From an uncultured Desulfospira sp. (lineage in GTDB: Bacteria > Desulfobacterota > Desulfobacteria > Desulfobacterales > Desulfobacteraceae): a stretch of DNA of 64,000 nucleotides. Made by a program: the position numbers and the translations under genes. The notes under the pieces were generated by a model. That model was not told where the DNA came from and ran no database searches. It was given only the letters and a program-made list of their open reading frames with translations. The stretch lies in assembly GCA_963663165.1 (NCBI GenBank), contig OY760175.1, positions 384,001 through 448,000 of the forward strand, written 5' to 3'. Position 1 is the first letter of the stretch, and each line of letters begins with the position of its first letter. Below are positions 58,583 to 64,000 of this stretch, in pieces.

Positions 58583-60646
58583 ATGATGAATTTGGATCTT
58601 AACGGTTTGACCATAGCCATCATCGGCGGCAATGACCCCTGTGCCCGGATAATTGACCACCTGGCCGGCCCGAAACTTAAAGGGTTGAACCTTAAAGTGG
58701 CCATGGTGGCCGATACCCTGGTGAACAGTGACGGGTTGGAAAAAGCCCGAAAGCTCGGAATTGCTTTCACCAACGCCTATAGCGATGTCGGCAACCTCAA
58801 GAATCTGGACCTGATTTTAAAGCTCAAAAACGACGAAACCCTGCCCCCTGTTATGGAAACCTTGGAAAAGAAGAAGGTTAACATCCTGGAAATGGACAAC
58901 TTTAAGGCCATGTCCTTTATCCGTTTTCTGGAAATCCAGGAGGAACGGCTCTTGATCAAACAGCAGCTCCGGGACAGGACCCTGGAAGGGGATGCCGTCG
59001 GGGAGGCCTTTGACGCCTTTTCCAAAAAAGTCATGGCTGCTGCAGAGGAAAGAAACCAGCATCTTCGGGATGAGCGCGAAACCCTACTGGAACTGGAAAA
59101 AGAATTGACCCAGGTGATCCAGGGGTCCATGATTCCCACCTTTATTATTAACAATGAGCATATCATCACCCACTGGAACCGGGCCTGTGAGGATCTGACC
59201 GGCCACAGGGCCTATGAACTGGTGGGAACGGACCGGCAGTGGGTTCCGTTCAGGTCTGCCAAAAGACCGACCATGGCCGATGCCGTGGTCAGCCGGATGG
59301 CCAGGGAAGAGGTGGAAAAATATTACGGGGCGTCATGGCGAAAATCCAGTATCATCAACGGGGGATATGAAGCCGAAGAGTTTTTCCCCCATATGGGTGA
59401 AAACGGGAAATGGATTTTTTTTACGGCCGCCCCCATCAAGTCGCCGGACGGAAAAATCATCGGGGCCATTGAAACCCTTATGGACAAAACCGAAGACAAA
59501 AAAGCAGAGGCCGAAATTGCCCTTCAGGACCGGGAACTGGCCAAACTTCATGAAAAGTATAAAAAATCCGAAGAAAAGTACCGGACCCTGTTCAACAACA
59601 ACCCGAACCCTATTTTCATCCTTGACAGCAACACCCTTGAAATACTGGACTTCAATAACCGGGCCAAAACCACTTACGGGTATACCAAAGCCGAGCTTTT
59701 AGGCGAATCTTTTCAGGCGCTGGGCGAAAAAAAAGATCTCACTGTCAAACAGGGATTGCTGGACCTTAACAACGGTAAGTCCATTCTGCTGACCAAAAAG
59801 CGGCATTTTAAAAAATCCGGTGAACAGTTTTACGTGAACATTACCGGGATCAACACCACCTACAGCAGCCAGGATGTTATCATTGCCTGCACCACGGATA
59901 TCACCGAGACCGTTGAAAAGGAAACCCAGCTCATCCAGGCCGGGAAATTAGCGACCCTGGGCACCATGGCCGCCGGCATGGCCCATGAGATCAACCAGCC
60001 TTTAAACGTGATTCAGATCTGTGCCGACCTCATCCTTAAGATGATGAAAAAGGGGATTTCCATTTCCGATGACGAACTCAAAACCATGGCCGGTGATATT
60101 ATTGACAACGTGGCCAGGGCCGCAGGGGTGATCAAGCATGTCCGGGATTTTTCCCGCCAGTCTGAAAGGGATCTGAAGAAACTGAACCTGAATGATCCCA
60201 TTAACGATGTCTTTAAGGTCCTCGGCCACCAGATCACGATTCATTCCATCAAGGTGGACTTGAATCTTGATCCGGAGCTGCCCATGATCATGGCGGAGCA
60301 TAACCGGCTTGAGCAGGTGTTTATCAACCTGGTGACCAATGCCATTGACGCCATGGATGAGAAAGAGGAAAAGCAGGGCCAGGGAGTTGAAAAAAAATTG
60401 ACCATTGCCACCTATACCGAAGGGAAAAGGGTAGTGGCCGCTGTATCGGATACCGGAACAGGGATGAGTGAAGAGGTCAAACAAAAAATATTTGAGCCTT
60501 TTTTTACCACTAAGGAAACCGGCAAAGGCACCGGCCTTGGCACCAGCATCAGTTTCGGGATCATCAGGGATTACTCGGGCATCATTGAAATTGAGAGCCG
60601 GGAAGGGGAAGGGGCTAAATTTATCATCAAATTTCCGGCCGTCTAA
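58583..60646 (+). CDS. Double-PAS sensor histidine kinase
   Basis: Two PAS domains, AHEINQPL, NLVTNAIDA, GTGLG. Confidence 0.92.
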   Translation: MMNLDLNGLTIAIIGGNDPCARIIDHLAGPKLKGLNLKVAMVADTLVNSDGLEKARKLGIAFTNAYSDVGNLKNLDLILKLKNDETLPPVMETLEKKKVNILEMDNFKAMSFIRFLEIQEERLLIKQQLRDRTLEGDAVGEAFDAFSKKVMAAAEERNQHLRDERETLLELEKELTQVIQGSMIPTFIINNEHIITHWNRACEDLTGHRAYELVGTDRQWVPFRSAKRPTMADAVVSRMAREEVEKYYGASWRKSSIINGGYEAEEFFPHMGENGKWIFFTAAPIKSPDGKIIGAIETLMDKTEDKKAEAEIALQDRELAKLHEKYKKSEEKYRTLFNNNPNPIFILDSNTLEILDFNNRAKTTYGYTKAELLGESFQALGEKKDLTVKQGLLDLNNGKSILLTKKRHFKKSGEQFYVNITGINTTYSSQDVIIACTTDITETVEKETQLIQAGKLATLGTMAAGMAHEINQPLNVIQICADLILKMMKKGISISDDELKTMAGDIIDNVARAAGVIKHVRDFSRQSERDLKKLNLNDPINDVFKVLGHQITIHSIKVDLNLDPELPMIMAEHNRLEQVFINLVTNAIDAMDEKEEKQGQGVEKKLTIATYTEGKRVVAAVSDTGTGMSEEVKQKIFEPFFTTKETGKGTGLGTSISFGIIRDYSGIIEIESREGEGAKFIIKFPAV

Positions 60647-60659
60647 GGAGGGCGCCGCA

Positions 60660-62174
60660 ATGTCAGCCAATAAAATTTTGATTGTGGATGATGAAGAAAT
60701 TATTGTCAGGTTGCTGACCATGTCCTTGAGAAGCGACGGATATGAAGTTGTATCGGCATTCAGCGGGGAAGAAGGGCTTGAAGTGTTCAAGAAAAGCAGC
60801 CCGGATATTGTGGTTACCGATATCAAAATGCCCGGGATGGACGGCCTTGAACTGTTAAAACAGATCAAGGAGATTGATCCGGACCGGGAGGTGATTATTG
60901 TCACAGGCCATGGCGATGTGGACTCCACCATCACCGCCCTTCAGTACGGGGCCAGCGATTTTATCAATAAGCCGGTCAGGGACGAGGCCCTGGCCATTGC
61001 CCTGGAACGGGCCAAAACCAAGATGAGCATCCGGCAGCAGCTGGAGGAGTACACCAAAAACCTTGAAACCAAGGTGGCCGAAGCCACCGAAGAGATCCGG
61101 CGAAGATCCAGGTTCCAGAAACTGCTGATTCACAGCAGCAATGACGGCATTGTGGCCTTTGACCAGGAGTGGCGGGTGGTGGTGTACAATCCCGAGGCGG
61201 CCCGGATATTCAAATCAGGGGCAGGGCAGGTGCTTAACAAGCAGCACATTGACGATTTTTATCCGTCGGATCTTGTCAGCCAATTAAAGGAAAAGGCCTG
61301 TAAAAGCTGCCCTCAACCCGCCATGCCATGGCGGGAAACCAACCTGCTGCTCAAGGACGGCACCACCATTCCAGTCCGGTATGCCGTCAGTGTGCTTTAT
61401 GAAAATGATGAGTTTGTGGGGGTGGTGAACTTTTTTCAGGATTTAACCGAGATCAAGCGGCTTGAAAGCGAGCTGCTCCAGTCCGAGCGGCTTGCCGCCG
61501 TCGGCCAGACCGTTTCCGGTCTGGCCCATTATGTGAAAAATATCCTGATCGGCCTTAAAGGCGGGTCCTATGTCATGGATGTGGGCATTAAGAAAAACAA
61601 CACGGAAAAGCTCAAAAACGGGTGGCAGACCATCCAGAAAAATATCAACCGGGTGGCGGATTTAACCCAGGACCTTTTGACCTATGCCAAACAGCGGGAG
61701 CCTGAAATCAGCCCCTGCAACCCCAATGACATTGTCACCGAGGTGGTGGACCTGGTTGAACAGGCGGCAAAAGACAAGCAGATCCGTATTACCAGTGATC
61801 TTTCCCCGGATATCAAGGCCGTTCTGGCAGATCCGGAAACCATTCACCGGTCCCTTTTAAATCTGATAACCAACGGCATCGATGCCTGTGTGGAAGATCT
61901 GGACCGGTCAAAGGAGTTTACCATTGGGATCCGGACATTTATAGAAGATGACCGGATCTGCTTTGAGGTCAAAGACAACGGATGCGGCATGGACGAGAAG
62001 ACCCTGGAAAACCTTTTTTCCCCCATGTTCAGCACAAAGGGGGGCAAGGGAACCGGCCTTGGCCTGCTGGTAACCGCCAAGCTGGTGGAAGAACACAACG
62101 GGAAAATTGATACAGCGTCCACCCCGGGCAAAGGGTCTGTTTTCACCATCCGTTTGCCGTTTAAACAATCATGA
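60660..62174 (+). CDS. Receiver-PAS-histidine kinase hybrid
   Basis: AAGGAGG SD before ATG 60660; ILIVDDE, DIKMPGMDG, AHYVKN, GTGLGL. Confidence 0.9.
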   Translation: MSANKILIVDDEEIIVRLLTMSLRSDGYEVVSAFSGEEGLEVFKKSSPDIVVTDIKMPGMDGLELLKQIKEIDPDREVIIVTGHGDVDSTITALQYGASDFINKPVRDEALAIALERAKTKMSIRQQLEEYTKNLETKVAEATEEIRRRSRFQKLLIHSSNDGIVAFDQEWRVVVYNPEAARIFKSGAGQVLNKQHIDDFYPSDLVSQLKEKACKSCPQPAMPWRETNLLLKDGTTIPVRYAVSVLYENDEFVGVVNFFQDLTEIKRLESELLQSERLAAVGQTVSGLAHYVKNILIGLKGGSYVMDVGIKKNNTEKLKNGWQTIQKNINRVADLTQDLLTYAKQREPEISPCNPNDIVTEVVDLVEQAAKDKQIRITSDLSPDIKAVLADPETIHRSLLNLITNGIDACVEDLDRSKEFTIGIRTFIEDDRICFEVKDNGCGMDEKTLENLFSPMFSTKGGKGTGLGLLVTAKLVEEHNGKIDTASTPGKGSVFTIRLPFKQS

Positions 62175-62206
62175 AAGACACGGATAAAATCTGACTTAAG
62201 GAGGAG

Positions 62207-62602
62207 ATGATGACCAAAAAGGTTCTGGTGGTAGATGATGATCCGGATGTCAGGTCATTTGTGGTTACTGTTTTAGAAGAAAACCAGTATGCGCCGTTGG
62301 TGGCCGAAGATGGTGTGGAGGGCCTTGAAAAAATAAAGAAAGAGGCCCCGGACCTGGTCGTGCTGGATGTCCTCATGCCAAGAAGCAGTGGGATAAGGCT
62401 TTATCGAACCCTGAAAACCGAAGATGAGTTTAAAACCATTCCCGTGGTTATGTTTACGGGGATCTCCCTTCGGTCGTTTTTGAAATCCCAGAAACTGCTC
62501 GAAGAGTTCAAGGGGCAGGCGGTTCCGGAACCGGAAATCTACCTTGAGAAACCCGTGGAACCGGACGAGCTGGCCAACGCCGTTAAAAAAATGATTGGTT
62601 AA
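62207..62602 (+). CDS. Single-domain response regulator
   Basis: VLVVDDD, DLVVLDVLMP, KP. Confidence 0.9.
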   Translation: MMTKKVLVVDDDPDVRSFVVTVLEENQYAPLVAEDGVEGLEKIKKEAPDLVVLDVLMPRSSGIRLYRTLKTEDEFKTIPVVMFTGISLRSFLKSQKLLEEFKGQAVPEPEIYLEKPVEPDELANAVKKMIG

Positions 62603-62643
62603 CCGATAAAATGAAATCACCGTAAGAAGCGGCCGGAGGTCTT

Positions 62644-63519
62644 ATGAAAATAAAGAAACTGCTTTTTGTGACCAAGTTTGAGGACCTGTGCTATGATGCG
62701 CTTAAATCTTTGCTTGTCTTAGGGCAGGCCGATCTTGAGCATGTGGTGTTTCTCAATGTGATTGAGCGGGACAAGGTGGCCATGAGAAGGGGAACCGGAT
62801 ATTCCAAAGAAGAGGAGGTCAAGCTCAAGGAAACGGCCAATATAAGGTTTATAGACTGGGCGGAAAACCTGTTTGAACTCGGGATGGAAGTCGGCGCCTA
62901 TATTGAGGTGGCTGATTTTATCCATGAAATTCTCAGGGTGGTGGAAAGGGAAAAGCCGGATCTCATTGTGGTGGGCCAGTCCCATAAAGGGCCAATAGAG
63001 CAGCTTTATTCCCCGTCGGATATCACGGAACTGACCCGGCGGACCACGGTGCCCATCCTGGTATTTAAACATATTACAGAAGACTCTCTGGTTCCTGAAG
63101 AATTGTTCAAACGGCCGCTGTTTGCCACCTCATGGTCCCATTCCGGCGAAAAGGCCATATCCCTTCTCAAACCTTTGGGCAAAGTGATCGGGGAAATGCA
63201 CGTCATGCATGTGGTCAAGGAAAGCCTGCTCAAATCAAAGGATTCCCATGATGCCCAGAAGGTGAGAAAAGAGCAGAGAAAACGCTTGGATACCCTTTGC
63301 GATGAATTCGAGGACGCCGGGATTTCGTGCCGGGCCCATGTGTATGCGGGAGATCCTGAAAAGGAAATTTTAAAGGCGGCCAAAGAGTACCAGGCCACCA
63401 TGATTGTCTTAGGGTGCAGTGAAAGAACCGCCATCTTAGAGCGCTGGGTGGGATCCATATCAAAAAATATCGCAGACCAATCCATATATCCTTGCCTTTT
63501 GGTGCCTATAAGGGACTAA
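62644..63519 (+). CDS. Tandem universal stress protein
   Basis: Two USP domains; DLIVVG and WVGSISKNI...PCLLV. Confidence 0.88.
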   Translation: MKIKKLLFVTKFEDLCYDALKSLLVLGQADLEHVVFLNVIERDKVAMRRGTGYSKEEEVKLKETANIRFIDWAENLFELGMEVGAYIEVADFIHEILRVVEREKPDLIVVGQSHKGPIEQLYSPSDITELTRRTTVPILVFKHITEDSLVPEELFKRPLFATSWSHSGEKAISLLKPLGKVIGEMHVMHVVKESLLKSKDSHDAQKVRKEQRKRLDTLCDEFEDAGISCRAHVYAGDPEKEILKAAKEYQATMIVLGCSERTAILERWVGSISKNIADQSIYPCLLVPIRD

Positions 63520-63713
63520 AAATCCAGGGCAAAACGCCCAGGAAACAGGCTGTTTAAGGGCTTTTGAGGATTATGTACCCCATTAAAACAACTTGACTAC
63601 GCCAAAGGCTTTTGTTAAACACAAGCTGGTCTTTTATAAAGCCGTGGAAACCTTTAAACAGGGATTTCCCAAACTCGTAATTTAAAAAACCTTAGAAGTT
63701 ACAAGGCTTATTT

Positions 63714-64000
63714 ATGAAACTCCTATTTATTGACGACGAACAGACATTTTTAAAGTACATGGCCAAACGCCTTGTACTTGAAGGATTTTCCGTGAAAACA
63801 ACCTTCTCCGGAGAAGAGGGGGTTGAGGCTGCCGCCAAAGAGGAGTTTGATGTGGCTGTTGTGGATTTACAGATGCCCGGCATTGACGGCATCGAAGTAC
63901 AAAAACGGCTCAAAGAGCTTCAGCCTTCTTTGCCCTGTATTGTCCTCACCGGCCACGGCAACGTGGAAAACGCCCTGGCCTCCGGGAAATACAATGCATT
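63714..64000 (+). CDS. Response regulator (cut off by the window end)
   Basis: MKLLFIDDE...DVAVVDLQMPGIDG...LTGHG read from the sequence. Confidence 0.85.
   Translation, partial: MKLLFIDDEQTFLKYMAKRLVLEGFSVKTTFSGEEGVEAAAKEEFDVAVVDLQMPGIDGIEVQKRLKELQPSLPCIVLTGHGNVENALASGKYNA

Noticed and set aside
60468..60659. N-terminal extension of the hybrid kinase
   Set aside because: Overlaps the previous gene; the SD and receiver domain point to ATG 60660

Overview
Chromosomal window from a sulfate-reducing deltaproteobacterium (Desulfobacteraceae-like; inferred from dsrC, hdrA-flx, ahbA and selenoprotein genes). An accessory island of about 16 kb follows glmU-like/glmM (~2961-19250). It holds a degraded TA remnant, a lone type I-C-like CRISPR repeat, a RelE/HigA-type TA pair that looks like an integron cassette (attC-like site), a 62-repeat CRISPR array, and a type I-B cas locus on the minus strand: XRE/ImmA-like gene, cas1, cas2, a gap, a small ORF, cas6, cas8b, cas7, cas5, cas3, cas4. 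The best hidden element lies in the cas2-cas6 gap. A divergently transcribed crRNA-like mini-unit (two degenerate repeats plus a short spacer, with its own sigma70 promoter) matches the DNA upstream of the small ORF/cas6 operon, next to a TTA PAM and mismatched only at positions 6 and 12. This suggests a CreR/CreA-type Cascade-guided autoregulation or CRISPR-repressed toxin module. cas1 appears to start at ATC, directly behind an XRE fusion whose peptidase motif is degenerate, and cas8b probably hides an internal cas11. The rest of the window is core or metabolic: two large CoA-activase genes, ATL, ComEC, mlaEFDCA, a nitrilase, ahbA, dsrC, Sec-containing hdrA and mvhD/flxD with flxCBA, miaA, an LpoA-like lipoprotein, an ErcA/ErcS-like pair, pfk, kdsD, an antiporter and a two-component cluster. 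A MITE family and several palindromic or heptamer repeats occupy intergenic gaps. All calls come from reading the sequence; no database searches were run.
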